A stretch of DNA of 40,208 nucleotides from Octopus bimaculoides (GCF_001194135.2 NC_068986.1:61159321-61199528); one strand, 5' to 3'; shown: positions 9,901 through 23,284, numbered from the stretch's first letter. Numbers and translations are program-made. Notes: generated from the sequence alone by a model not told the origin.

Positions 9901-11771
9901 CAATTATTGATCACATCTTGGATGATATATGTTTTCATATACTCATCACAACAGATTTTAGGATGATATAATTAAATGGTTATTAACAGTTCACCTTAGA
10001 AAGAGTATATCGGATCTTAAAATTAAAATAGTTTTTCTAAAATATTAATTTTTGTAACTCTATTAGTGTAGTAAGTAATTGCATTACATAGAAATAAAAA
10101 TTCTCTTTTTATTCATATACTTTTTTAAACATAACTGATTAAATAAACAGAAATAGTGTTTCATCAATAGTATACTTTGTCTTTAAACTGAATGATGCAA
10201 GAGTAACCTTGAATAGTATAGTCTACCAAGCTGTAGATAGGTACCGTGACAAACAAGTTAACAGCTGTCATTGAAAAATTAGGTGAGTGGATTAAGAGTT
10301 CTGATTTTGTAAACTTGTGGTCATGAAATCAATCCTTACAGGGCCATCCAACAACATATATAAAAATATCAACATGGTTAATACTCCATTAACTTAACCC
10401 TATGCATTATGAATTAAAACTACAAGAGTACTAATTAAATTATCCTAAATTCAAATTTTAAGAATAAGCTTATATCAGTTTACACAATAAAACAGATTTC
10501 ACTCCCACCAAGACATCCAGATATAAAAATAACTGTCCAATGAAATTAGTGCAAAATTAGCAGTAAAATCATATTATAACTACACCCAACACAATATCAT
10601 TTGCACCTATAAAAAAAACATTTCTTGCCATGGAAGCATAAAAAAATAGAAATGCTCAAAAAGGTAAAAAAAAAAAAAAAAGGCAGGGAGACAAATCCCA
10701 GCTATGCATGGAAAAAACAAGTGTAAAACAATAAGGAAAAAATAATAAAACTAAATAACATCATGACCAAACAGACTCTCACAAAGCTGATGTCAGTAGT
10801 GTTAAGTGGATAAGAAAGGAACCTTTTACTGAAAATTAAGCCAATCTGTTGAAGAAAACATTCCTAGAATGTCAAATACCATAATCTCATATCCAGGTGA
10901 CCTGAAGTATATAGTTTTAAGAGTTCTACTCAGACACATAAAAACCTTGCAACAAATACACTCATGCATCGTAAAATGACCACCAATATTTTAACTACTT
11001 AGAAATTTCATTTATACCTTTCAAAATAAACTAAGTATATTCTCCCTTAAACTTTAGCTTCAGCATACTCTGAATGTACGATTGTAAATCAAATCATGGA
11101 ATAGACATAGCTTTAGAACTTATCTGGAGATATCTTCAAAGTGGCACTCAGCACTTCCTATAAACATTCACATTGAATATGAATGCTTAATTGTGTGTGT
11201 GTGTGTGTGCATGCGCACACAGAGTTAACAGACCCTCCTGTAATTTATTTGTTCACTGCCATACCAGATTACAAAATATTCTTTTGCCATTTTAAACACT
11301 TCATGAAGCACTGAAAAAACAGACAACCAAGATAAATCAAAGCTTTCTTTGACAACAGTCTTTATTCAACAGATATCTAAAACTACTTAGAGTGGGCTAC
11401 ATAGATAAGAAAAGAATAAGTAAACTATTCTGGTAAATTCTAGTAGTAGCCAGCTGCAAGACAACTTGCTTTTCAATAAAAATGATCTCTTACTGACAAG
11501 ATAAAGTGAATAACTAAAACTGTACTCAACAGCCAAAAGTTTGTTGTGTCACAATCATAGATTTATTATATAATCTAACACTTAGAGTAACTCTTGTCTT
11601 TGGAGTATCATTGGAACTGATCACTTAGGTATTAACTTCCTCTTCTGATTTGCTATTCTTACCTATATAAATTTGAGTTTCCTTGTCTATCTAAATAATA
11701 TTTCTCAAAGATCAGTCAGCATCTAACACCTTTTTCTCAAGAATCACCAAACAAATATATCAAATCCTATA

Positions 11772-11950
11772 CACAGATTTATTAAAATAAATAAATAAAT
11801 AAAAATAAAAATATATACTCATACGTACATATATACACACACACATGCACTCATATGCACACACACACACACACACACACACATACATTCCCACTCTGTT
11901 ATATGCACACATGCAAACACATATACTCACACAGTCACACCCACCCACTC
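11772..11950. repeat. Microsatellite cluster: (AAAT)n and (CA)n / CA-rich
   Basis: Directly visible AAAT repeats at ~11785-11810 and (AC)n runs at ~11835-11885. Confidence 0.9.
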
Positions 11951-12380
11951 ACACACTTTCACCTCTCTTGACCAAGTTAAACACCAGCCACTAACCTGCT
12001 TGTTGACTCACACCCTCATACGAACATCACTCACATATAAATTTAAACACACATGCACAGACATTACCACACACACACTGGCAACCTTTGCACTTTCCTG
12101 TCCCCCCCAAAAACACTTTCTCTATCTCTTTCCACCTCCGGTCACTTCAGCAATGTAACTACACATGTGCTGTTGGTGATTTTTTTTCCTTCTTTGGATT
12201 TTTCGCTTTTTCCTTTCCAACAAAGAGCTGTGCTCAAAACGTCAAAAACTTTCTCTTTTTACTGAGTGCCAAACATTCCATGTGCACATTCTCTTGTTGT
12301 TTGTTATTGTTAATTTTATTTGATTTGACTATATATCTACACACACAAACACACACACAGACACATATATATGTATATAT

Positions 12381-12600
12381 GCATCTTTGTGTCTGTGTTT
12401 ATTCCCCACCAATGTTTGACAACCAGCATTGGTGCTTTTACATCCCTGTTACTTAGTTGTTTGGCAACAGAGACGGATAGAATAAGTACCAGGCTTTAAA
12501 AAAATAAGTACTGAGGTCAATTCATTCAACTAAAAATTCTTCAAAGTGGTGCCCCAGCATAGCCCCAGTCTAATGGCTGAAACAAGTGAAAGATAAAGGA
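12381..12600 (+). mobile_element. SINE 3' half following a TA/CA microsatellite
   Basis: ...ttgacaaccagcattggtgcttttacatccctgttacttag...gatagaataagtaccagg...tcttcaaagtggtgccccagcatagccccagtctaatggctgaaacaagtgaaagataaag. Homologous to the copies at 576-624/5413-5472, 5104-5205 and 25865-26060. Confidence 0.8.
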
Positions 12601-12928
12601 TACTACTAGGAAAGTTGAACATGAAACCTCCTTGTGAAACGATTATGTTATTTTACTTAGAAACAAAGCAAATTATTAAACTAATAGCAAAGAGTAGTAA
12701 CCTGATTCTCACAGAATGCAAATTTACAAAACTATATAATGTGCAGCATATTACCATATAACCTTGGGTCTTACTAATTCTACTAACTTTATTGGCTTTC
12801 TATCAATGACAATATTAACTGCACCATTAGTTCCTGAAGACATAACAGTAAATGAGTCAATTAAAATACACCCAGTCTACATTGTAAAGTGATTGTTAGC
12901 AAGAAGAGTATCCAGCTGTAAAAACCAT

Positions 12929-13912
12929 ATGCAAAAAAGGGAATAACAAATAGGTGAAATGTGGATTCTACAAGCTCTAATTCTGAGATGGAAATTACAG
13001 CCTAGAAGACAAACCTTGTCCTGGAAGATCTGTAGAGCTCAATGAGGACATCCTGTAAACCCTGGTGTAACAAAATCCCATTGTAACTGTTGAGGAACTA
13101 GCAGAGAAGCTTGGATTTGGTCATTCATCGACACCTGCGTGCCATCAGAAAAGTCAGTAAATTAGGTCAATGGGTTCCTCACAAACTTTCCAAGTCTAAT
13201 CATGTGTAGAGAGTGAATGTGTGCTCTTCTTTGCTGTTATGTCTCACGAATGAACCTTTTTGGACCAAAGAGTGACTGGTGACGAGAAATGGGTTCTCTA
13301 TAAAAATGTCAAGTGCCGAAAACAGTGAGTAGGGAAAGGAGAAACACTGGCACCCCAGACTAAAGTAGGTCTTCATTCACATAAGGTGTTGTTACCTGTT
13401 TGGTAGGATATGAAAGGTTTAGTCCACTTTGAACTTTTAAACTCAAACGAAACAATAACAAAGGAGATCTATTGCAAGCAGCTTGAGTGGCTTAAGTCAG
13501 TGCTTGAAGAAAAACAACCACTTTCAAGACAAAAAGTGTTCTTCCATCAGGATAATGCTCGGCCACATATGAGGATGACATTCCAAAGGCTGGAGCAGTT
13601 TGAATGGGAAATGATGCCTCACCCTCCATATTCACCGGACATTGCCCCATCTGATTATCATTTATTCCACAGTCTTCAAAATCATTTGGATGGAAAAATA
13701 TGAATTCTGTAGACGAGGTCAGAACAGTACTGGAGGAGTATTTTTCGTAACAGACAAGTGAATTTTGGAAGAGGGTCCTTGCAAATCTACCAGATAGATG
13801 GAAGAACATTGTAGAAAATAACGGAGAGTATATTTTAAATTAAAAAAAGAACTTTGTTTACCTTAATTTTGAAAAGTAAAAAAAATATTAAAAAACTGCA
13901 TGACCCAATATA
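12929..13912 (+). mobile_element. mariner element, 5'-truncated, with transposase pseudogene
   Basis: WVPHKL, TGDEKW, HQDNARPH and YSPDIAPSDYHLF motifs. There are 33 residues between the 2nd and 3rd Asp, against the canonical D34D. Several stops. Ends ...TGACCCAATA|TA at 13901-13912, resembling a mariner TIR end plus TA. Confidence 0.9.
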
Positions 13913-14105
13913 TGTGCCTAACTCCTATCAAGATATGTGTGTGTGTGTATGTGCACACCTGCTTCTTTATGTCATTGTTCTGAGTGTGTATATGTGTGTA
14001 TGCATATTTCATAGTTGATTTATTGCATATGTTGCTGTGCTATAGTGGGTATTGTTGTGCTAGAGCCTAACATGCATGTGCATGCATGTTTGCGCTCATG
14101 CATGC

Positions 14106-14106
<1 letters not shown>

Positions 14107-14146
<40 letters not shown>
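14107..14146. repeat. (GT)n microsatellite
   Basis: Direct run of GT dinucleotides. Confidence 0.95.
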
Positions 14147-14147
<1 letters not shown>

Positions 14148-14259
14148 TGTTTGTGAGAAAGAAAGAGATTAGCTTGAAAGGTGTGTGTGCATTGTAATGA
14201 GTGGCTTTGTCTGGTGTAATGTATGTGTTTGTTAACTGTATTTTGCCTTGGCATAATAG

Positions 14260-14695
14260 ATAGGCTACAGCAAATATTCTGCTCAATACCACAGATTTGC
14301 CTCTCAGTTGCTTGACCATAACCAGTTGAGCATATCCCTCAATGGCTGACATTTTGTGCATCTCTGATCACAAGCAGGAATAGTAGAGAAGCATCATAGC
14401 CATGTATAAAAAGGAAATCTTTGGGGTTTGAATGCTTCCCTTCTGGAATCATGGGAGTTTCGTTCATCATCCTAAACAACCCTTATTCAGGGACCTTTTG
14501 AGCAGGATGGGCTGCTCGACCTGAAGAAAATTCCAACCTGGTCCCACCTGCAAAGTCATGCACTGTTTATCTTGATAATAGATCATTGTGTCATGCACAT
14601 ATGGTTGTAATATATGTGCTTGATGTACTCTTATTGGACAGGTAGTCATGATGGGTATATTGGGCTTCATACATTTGTAACCGGGTGTTACTTTG
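14260..14695 (+). mobile_element. Unclassified interspersed repeat (LINE 3'UTR- or SINE-like), truncated at the Gypsy junction
   Basis: Recognised from memory as a frequent octopod repeat (..tattctgctcaataccacagatttgc..gggaccttttgagc.ggatgggc..cgacctgaagaaaattc..). No coding motif was seen. Confidence 0.4.
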
Positions 14696-17600
14696 ATGCC
14701 TTTTGTGTTCCCATTTTTTGCCTCTTATCATATATATCATTTTGTCTATTCTTTTTGTTACTACTCCGTCTTCCCAACCTTGTCTTCCATTTTGAAAAAC
14801 ACCTTGTCATTGATATTAAGATGCTTTGTCACATATTCAGTGTTTTCCCTATTTGTTTTTCTTACTGGTAACAGCTTGTTGAAAATTGGCTTTATTTTTT
14901 TAGCAAACTTTAGTTCCGCTGGAGACTTGCCTGATAAAGTGTTTGGGTTTGGTGTTATCCTATAAACCTTCAAGAATTGTGTCAATGCTGCATCATCAAC
15001 TAGCTAATTTCTTGATTTCTTTAATGCTCTTTTAAATGTATCCATGAACCTTTTGCTTGCCCATTTGATCTTGGGTGATATGGAAGAGTAGTGATGTGTT
15101 CAACTGAGTACATCTTGCAAAAATTCTTAAATTCATTCGCCATGAATTGTGTACTGTTATCAGTGACTATGGTATCCGGGACACCATACCTAGCAAAAAG
15201 TTTGTGCAGAAATTCCACTGTTACAATGGATGTCGGTTTTCTACATTTACACATTTCTGGCCATTTTCTATAGCTATCTACCACTATTAGATAATATTAT
15301 CAGTTTAATGGTCCTGCGAAGTCTATGTGTAGTATGGACCATGGAATATTAGTCTTGGTCCAAGGCTGAAATTTTATAGGTGGTGATTTTGCTGCAAGAG
15401 CATAACCTCTGCAAGATTTTACCAACTTTTCAATATCTAGATCCTTTTATGGCCAGTAAACATAACTCCAAATAAGCAACTTCATCCTAGAAATTCCTGG
15501 ATGTCCAATGTGGAATCCCTTTAACATTCGACCTTGTAGAGAGGTAGGCATTACGACCCTCTGTGCATACATAAGCACATTATCACATATTGAATACAAA
15601 TTCAAAACTGTGTTACATCCAGCCACACATTTTTTTTATTTGTTTCTTCTGATCTCACTGTTTTTTTTCATTTTTATGATAAACTCATCTGTCTCTGCCT
15701 TAATTTTTATTTCCTCCAATGTCACAGGCAATTCATGCACAATGTTGCACAATATATTTTTTATTTCATTTTTGGCTTTTAATGCCACTATCACTGTGTC
15801 TTCTAGTGGTTCACGGTATTTTGGTATTAACCTTGAAAAACTATCTGCGTGTCCTAATTTGTTTGGTGACAAATACTCCATTTTGAAGTGAAAATTCAGT
15901 AGGATTGTTCCCCAGTGCTGCAATCTGTTGACTGTATGTGTGGGGATACCCTTTTTTGATCCATAGATTGACAATAATGGGTGGTGGTTTGTCTATAGAT
16001 GGAACCTTCTTGCATGCATAAATTTATGGAATTTTTTTACCGAAAATATGATGGCTAATATCTCTTTCTATTTGACTGTAATTTTTTCTCAGCCACTAAT
16101 AATGAACGTGAATCATGAGCTACTGCTTTCAGGCTACCGTCTTCATATTTGTGTAAAATCACAGCTCCAATACCACTTTCACTAGCATCTGCTGCCACTA
16201 CTATTTCTAAATTCAAGTTAAAATGTAATAACAACAATTCTAATGTTAAGACATTTTTAATTTCTTTAAAAGCTTTTTGGCATTTGTCCAACCAGTTCCA
16301 CTTAACGTCTTTTTTTAACAAGTTATTCAGGGGTGCTCTTAAATCATGCATATTCAGTATGTATACCTGGTAGTAATTTGTGAGCCCCGAAAATGCTTGT
16401 AACATTGTAATGTTTGTTGGGGGAGGCATATTTTTTATTGCACTTGCCCTAGATAGGTCTGGTCTGCATCCATTTTCATCAATAAAATGCCCTAGATATT
16501 TTATTCTCGGCATTAAAAATTCACACTTTTCCTTGCTGAGCATAATCTTTTATTTTTTCGAAGACCTTTTTAACATGCTCAGCATGCTGACCCCAAGACT
16601 CACTTTTTATGAGTATGTCGTGATGGTAAGCTACAGCAAAATCCAAACCTGCAACCATAATGTCCATAACTTGTTGGAAAATGCCAGGTGCTACCTTTAT
16701 CCCAAAGGAGAGTCGATTAAATTTATACAACCCTTTATAAGTATTTATTGTCAATAATTCTGAACATTCCTCATTAACTTTTACCTGCAAATATTCTTCA
16801 GATAGGTCCAACTTTGAAAAATATTTTCCTCCATTCAACTTCAAGAAAATTTCTTCCAGACTTGGCATCAAACATAAGTTTAATCCTGTTGAAATATCAG
16901 CACATACTTGAATTTTATTATTTTTTTCTTGACATAAACTGTTGGGGACGCCATTTTGTGTAATTTTTTTTCAATAACGTCAAGCTTTTCAAGTCTATCC
17001 AATTCTTTGTTGACTTGTTTCAATGCTGCAAAAGGTACAGTTCATTTTGGTTTAAACACCAGTATAGTATTTTCTTTCACTTGAAACTTCACCTCTGTTT
17101 TGGTGCAAGGACCCAATTCATAGAGAAAAAACTTCAGGAAAAGTTTTTTTAATTCTTTTTTCAAATCCTCTGATGCCTTATTTGTATTGGCAGAAAAACT
17201 ATTTACGAAAAATAATTATGGGAAGGTGCCATAAGTTAAATAGTTCCATCTAGTCTGTTCCAAATAAATTTATTGTATTTTCCAACACAAAAACTTTGGC
17301 TTTCAAGGTTTTTCCATGAAATGTAACATCACTTATCATTTCACCCATAAAACGCAATTTTTTTCCTGAAACACATAGCACAATTTTTGAAGTTTCCTTT
17401 AATCTAGGTTTCTCTATTTTACTTTATGTATCTGTATTAATTATCATGATATCACTACCCATATCCATTTGATATTCACATTATTCATTTTTATGGACAC
17501 AAATTTTATTTTCTGAGTTTCACTTAGAATTTTTGTTAACAATACATTTTTTCTAGAATTTTTTTTGTTTGACCCGTTTTTTTTTGTTTCACTATACAAT

Positions 17601-18970
17601 GTGAGCTTTTATATCAGATTTTTCCACACTCAAAACATTTAAAATTTTTGAAAGGACAATCACTTCTAAAATGTAAACCTCCACACCCATAGATTGGATT
17701 AGGTCTTGACACTCGCTTTTCCTTTTTCTTATCCTTTTCAGCTTGATACGCATGTATCTGAGAGCAATCTTTTTCTTCAATTTTATTCGTGTCATGTCTT
17801 AAATTTATAATCCTCTGGTATTCTTCAGCCACTGCCTGTAGAGTTAATTCTTGGTGTTGTTCTAATTTTGTTAATATATGGGAATATATATCAGCACCTT
17901 TTCTTGCAAAACCCTGACCAAAAATCAGTTATTTGAACAAATCTGGGGTTAATTCATTTAATTTGAATTTTTCACACTCTCTGTTAATGACCACAGCATA
18001 GGTGACGAAGTCTTCAACATCTTTTTTAATTAAATTTAAACACTGCCAATGAGTATCAAACAGGGAATTTCTTTCACTGGAAATTCTCGATAATAAATTA
18101 GCTGTTTCATCAAAACAAATCTCACCTGGTTTCTTCGGCAGGGGATAACTTTCTTAAAAATAGTCACACCTTCTTCTCATCATTCCAATTTTTACATTCT
18201 TCTTTGAAGAGTTCTTCACGTCTTCTAAAATATGCAGAAAAAGTAGTACCTTCTTCTGGGTCATAAATACATTCGCCAATTGAGTTTGCTACGCTGTCTG
18301 ATGAGAATGAACCTGAAGTATTTTCAGACTTCTTCAACATCACTTCCAGTAGTTGTTGGTATTGTGTTATTGCTGTTGTAGTTGTCATTGTAAATGCTGT
18401 TGTTGCTGTTACAACTTCACCATGCAAGCCAATACGTCTCTCAAGTTAATGATTTTTCTTTGATTTTGTACCAAAAAAAAATTTCAATGTCAACACGAGC
18501 TTCAAATATCTCGTCGCCACTTTTATATCCTAATTGTTGCCTGGCTCTTAGGTAGTACTGTTTGTTGCACACAGCACTCTTGTTTTTCATTGTACTAAGT
18601 ACTCTTGCTAGCACTCTTGTTTTTCGTTGTACTAAGCACTCTTGTTAGCACTCTTGCTTTTTGCTCAAACAGACTTTAATACGATTTTTTAACCCCAAGA
18701 AGACATCTCCTCTAGCTGGTTAACACTGCACAGCGGTATCCAATATATTATGAGCAGGGGGATTGAACCCCTACCACATTCTAGCGATGGGACCAACATA
18801 CAGTAATTCAAACAACTACCATTATGGCAACTTACGGGTTTGGTGCGAGTTCAGTTCGCACTAACACAAGGTTTTACAACCTCTACCGAACTGTCGTCTG
18901 AACCTTTATAAGAGTTCAGCTAGCCCATTCTTCCAATCCTCCAGGGGTGTCAATGACTCTTGCCACAACA
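14693..18970 (-). mobile_element. Gypsy LTR retrotransposon A (K02A2.6-like pol), 5' LTR present, 3' end deleted
   Basis: 5' LTR 18521-18970; PBS TGGCGACGAG at 18510-18519. gag 17590-18427 with CCHC knuckles (YGCGGLHFRSDC / CFECGKI.HIV). RT (SKLDLSEEYLQ, GLYKFNRLSFG, YHHD = decayed YxDD) and RNase H (VAADAS..GIGAVI). Integrase (H..HPG, DFAGP, DTIVTDN, YHPRSNGQA). Ends in WEDGVVTKR...HKRHQ at ~14693. Many frameshifts. Confidence 0.9.
18521..18970 (-). repeat. 5' LTR of Gypsy A
   Basis: The minus strand begins TGTTGTGGCA at 18970 and abuts the PBS. It has TATAAA (18905-18910, minus), ATTAAA (18675-18680, minus) and an internal 37-bp tandem duplication at 18573-18662. Confidence 0.75.
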
Positions 18971-20336
18971 ATGCATATTGATAATAGCTTACAACATTTG
19001 TCTTCCACTTGTAAGTAGGCATCAGAAAAATCTAATTTTGAGATCGATTTACCACCATTTAGTTTCAAGATTTCTTCTTGGCTAGGTAATGGGTAGTTAT
19101 ACTGTTTTAAACAGTTATTTGGTCCAGTCAAGAAATCTGCACAAACTCGTATTTTATTGTTCTTCTTTTTAATGATTACAGTTGGACTCACCCAATCTGA
19201 ATAATCGATCTTTTCAATCACTCCAGTTTTCCCCAGTCTGTCTAATTCTTTATTTAGCTGTTCCATTACTGCAAATGGTACATTACGTTTGGGTTTGAAA
19301 ACTGGTAATGCACTTTCTTTCACCTGAAATTAGGCTTTGAATTTATTACACCAACCCAACTCATTTGAAAAAACATCAGGGATCAACCTTTTCACTTCCT
19401 TTTAAAAATTTTCTGACTGTATTTGAAGAATACTTCTGACTAATTTTTTCTTTATTGTGCCTTAGATTTATTATTCTCTGGTATTCCTCAGATATTTCTT
19501 GTGGTGTCAGCTCCTGATTCTGCTCAAATTAGGCAGAATTTGGTTATGAATTTCAGCATTTTTCATTAATTTTAAATTTCTCATATTCCTTGTTAATGAT
19601 TCCAGCATATGTAATAAAATCTTCGTCCTGTCATTTAGCAATATTCATGCATTGCCAACGCATACTCAATAAAGAGCTTTTCTCACTAAAAAGCTTTAAA
19701 AAGATATCAACAGCTTCCTCAAAACAGACTTCCCCAGGTCTCTTCGGTAATATATTGATGCAGTATCTTTCATGCTCAGCTGGGGTCAACTTTCTCAACA
19801 AAAATCAGGTTTTTGTTTCATCTTGCTAGTCCAAACACTCTTCTTTAAAAATCTCCTCGTACCTTCTGTAGTATGCAAGAAAAGTAATACTCTCATCCAG
19901 GTTATATGTGAAATCTCTGATGGAGTTTGCGATCATATCAGGGGTGAACTAATTCAATGTATTTTCTGTTTTGCTGAATAGAAGCTGCATTAACAGTTGC
20001 TGTTGCTTATGCAATTCCACCAACTGGTGTTGTTGTTTCTGTAATTCTAAGTTTCTGTAATTCTGAAGCTAGTAATTCTTCCATTATTGAAAGCAACAAT
20101 CTATCCAACCTGGATTCATATATCCTTGTCGCCAATAATGTTATGATGATGTTGGGGTCTGCACAAGGGTGTAAAAAAGTATTACCCAAATAAATATTTG
20201 GATATGGTTATCTAGAATAACGTTTTGCAGAATTATTATGTTCACACAGAACGTGCTCCATACTACACCAAATGTCGGTTCAATATTAAACTAACAGTAA
20301 TCCAATATAAAAGATCAACACTGTCAACTGCCAACA
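18971..20336 (-). mobile_element. Gypsy element B (same clade), internally deleted and interrupted by element A
   Basis: Putative LTR 20139-20336 (TGTTGG...TAACA); PBS TGGCGACAAG at 20125-20134. gag ~19450-20085 is homologous to the gag of A and is joined directly to the pre-RT linker (PDVFSNELGWC). The RT N-terminus (18971-19323: WVSPTVIIKKK..IRVCADF..YPLPSQEEI..SKLDFSDAYLQ) stops at the LTR of A. Confidence 0.8.
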
Positions 20337-20389
20337 TTTCACACAATTTCTTTATTTTATTGAAATGCTTCAGTTCACTTTTGGTCACA

Positions 20390-21620
20390 TGGGGGCTAGT
20401 CAGGATTCTTCCACAACAGTGACCATACCTCAAGCCTCACTATCTACTTTATCCTCAAAATTCACAAGACAAACAATCCCAGCCACCTGCAACTGTCCTA
20501 CTGAACTTATCTCAGCAAACCTTGACAAATATTATCACCTCTCATTGCTGCCTTATCCTCACATATCAAAGATACCACTTCTATTCTATCCTCACATATT
20601 AAAGATACCACTTTCTTTTCTGCCTGGAGAGTCTAACTTCCTTTTTACTATGAAAATTAAAAATCACTCTATACAGTCATTCCCCACAACGGCAGTTTAT
20701 CAGCCCTTAAACACTTCTTAGATTGTTGCCCACTATTTGTACCCAATACAACAACACTCTTCTACTTAGCCAAGATCCTCCTAATCCTTAATTGCTTTAC
20801 TCTCTCAGGAGAACTTTACAAACAAGTCAGCAGGGTTGCTATGTAACCACAGGGAAAAGTAAATCTTTGCCCAATTCATGGGACCCAACCCAGAGCTGTA
20901 TGATCATTATACTGGCAACTGAGTTGGTGCTACCACCCTCATCAGACAACAATTTGACAATTTCATCTCTTTTGTAAACGCCTTGCACTTCACTTTGGAA
21001 TTTACTGCCACTCTATCTGATATCTTTGTTAGTTTTTTTGATATGTTCATCACAATGAACAATATCCATTTATTCCCCTCTGTCCACTACTGACTCCCAC
21101 TCCTATCTCCACAACTCTTCTCACCCCAAACACACTGAACCTGTCTTACCATTCCTTCACTTCTTTGCTGACATGGCAGCAGTGATTTGAATTTCAAATC
21201 CCAATGTTGAGAGAATGTGATAATTCTTTGTGAATCAAGTGAGGGTTCCTTTGATCAACTGGTGGTAGCCCATCAATCTCACCACTGCTCTCCTACCCTC
21301 TTTATGCACATATTGGATTCTATTCTCTTTCATCTTCCACCCATCTGCCCTTCCATTGAATGACAAACTCATCTGCAAGTTTACATTAGGAAAACAGGCC
21401 AACACCTTGCCAATCACTTTCAGAATCACACTTGAAGCATATCATTATGTATGCTTGGCCAACGTGGTGTCATCCACTTCAACACAACAGACCATTCCAT
21501 TACTCATTTATCAGTATGTGAAATCACATCTCCACACACCATAGGTCCACATACTCATGGAAATTGAAAGAACAATGTTTCATATTTTAACTTGGTACTG
21601 ACAGGTTTAAATGAATATTT
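20390..21620 (+). mobile_element. Penelope-like retroelement remnant (RT + GIY-YIG)
   Basis: Across frameshifts: YFILKIHKTNNP, CPTELIS..LD, HIKDT, FLFTM..SLYTVIPHNG.LSALKHFL, YKQVSRVAM, and FISFVN.LH..LEFT. The GIY-YIG block reads YIRKTGQHLANHFQNH...HFN..DHSI..LSV, ending GLNEYFSF. Confidence 0.75.
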
Positions 21621-22059
21621 TTCCTTCTACTTCCAACACCTACTCTTAATTTAGTAATTCCTATTTATCTTTAAACTCATTGCTCACCACAATTTTTCCC
21701 TCACCCTCATCTTCATTTCTTTTTCTTTCAAACTTTCTCAAAGTTTCCCTCTCTTACTAGTTCCTGTCCGTATATGTGACTCATATGGTCTTGCATTTCT
21801 CATCAGTCGCAACCAGTTTTACAAACATAAACAATGTAAAACTCAGCTGTCTCTTTAATTTCACTCATGTCACTCACTAATCCACTCACTTCCTTGGAAA
21901 AGGACTTTGTCCAAAATGCTGGATTTTCCACTTCCCATAGCAATTTCATTGTACTTTTCTTATTATTTTTTTCTAAATAATACAAATCTTGCCAATATAG
22001 ATTACCACCAGTCTTTTTGAATTCCATTTTATTTGATATATATATATATATTATATATA

Positions 22060-22201
22060 GGCGCAAGAGTGGCTGTGTGGTAAGAAGCTTCCTTCCCAAC
22101 CACATGGTTCTAGGTTCAGTCCCACTGCATGGAATCTTGGGCAAGTGTCTTCTATTATAGCCTCGGACTGACCAAAGCCTTGTGACTGGATTTGGCAGAC
22201 A
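22060..22201 (+). mobile_element. tRNA-derived SINE 5' head, running into a gap
   Basis: GGCGCAAGAGTGGCTGTGTGGTAAG (A-box-like) and GGTTCAGTCCC (B-box-like), preceded by a (TA)n tract. Confidence 0.8.
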
Positions 22202-23284
22202 NNNNNNNNNNNNNNNNNNNNNNNNNNNNNNNNNNNNNNNNNNNNNNNNNNNNNNNNNNNNNNNNNNNNNNNNNNNNNNNNNNNNNNNNNNNNNNNNNNN
22301 NNNNNNNNNNNNNNNNNNNNNNNNNNNNNNNNNNNNNNNNNNNNNNNNNNNNNNNNNNNNNNNNNNNNNNNNNNNNNNNNNNNNNNNNNNNNNNNNNNNN
22401 NNNNNNNNNNNNNNNNNNNNNNNNNNNNNNNNNNNNNNNNNNNNNNNNNNNNNNNNNNNNNNNNNNNNNNNNNNNNNNNNNNNNNNNNNNNNNNNNNNNN
22501 NNNNNNNNNNNNNNNNNNNNNNNNNNNNNNNNNNNNNNNNNNNNNNNNNNNNNNNNNNNNNNNNNNNNNNNNNNNNNNNNNNNNNNNNNNNNNNNNNNNN
22601 NNNNNNNNNNNNNNNNNNNNNNNNNNNNNNNNNNNNNNNNNNNNNNNNNNNNNNNNNNNNNNNNNNNNNNNNNNNNNNNNNNNNNNNNNNNNNNNNNNNN
22701 NNNNNNNNNNNNNNNNNNNNNNNNNNNNNNNNNNNNNNNNNNATATATACACACATATATATACACATGCACACACATATACACATGCAAATGTATATAT
22801 TCATACATATATACAGATACACATGTATATATATGTATATTTGCATGTATATGAGAACATATGTGTTTGTGTCATCATTATACATATATGTGAGAATACA
22901 CACACACTCACATACACAAACACATACATATAAAGGAAAACCTGAAGTTACAAGAGATTTTCATAAATAGAAACCAGATGACATTTTTTCAGGTAATTTA
23001 AGAGATTTCAGCAGTTTTTGTTGTTGGTTTTTGTTTTCCCTTCCCACATTTCTTTTCTTCTATTTCATTTTATTTGTTTCTCTCTTTAGATAATATCTGA
23101 CATTGTCAGTAATGAAAACTTTCTCTATTTCTCTTATTGCTCATTGCCCTAGCAGTATACAGCATTTTGGCTCTGAAATAGATTGAATTGCCTTCTGAAG
23201 ATGTATTACTTTACCAACACACTGAAATACAAAAGCTGTGTAACTTCTAAGGAGTGAAAGTTACCTCGAAAACACTACCAAATG

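Noticed and set aside
10237-10282. Possible plus-strand exon ending at AATTAG|GTGAGT (IGTVTNKLTAVIEKL)
   Set aside because: Strong donor but no adequate polypyrimidine acceptor, and the peptide is not recognised.
12750-12833. Possible minus-strand exon (GTNGAVNIVIDRKPIKLVEL) after ...GTCTTCAG
   Set aside because: The donor is ambiguous, the peptide is unrecognised, and it is adjacent to repeat fragments, so it cannot be distinguished from chance.
11760-14361. ORFs rich in CV/HT repeats (11760-11948, 14015-14197, 14020-14361)
   Set aside because: These are translations of (CA)n/(GT)n microsatellites, not genes.
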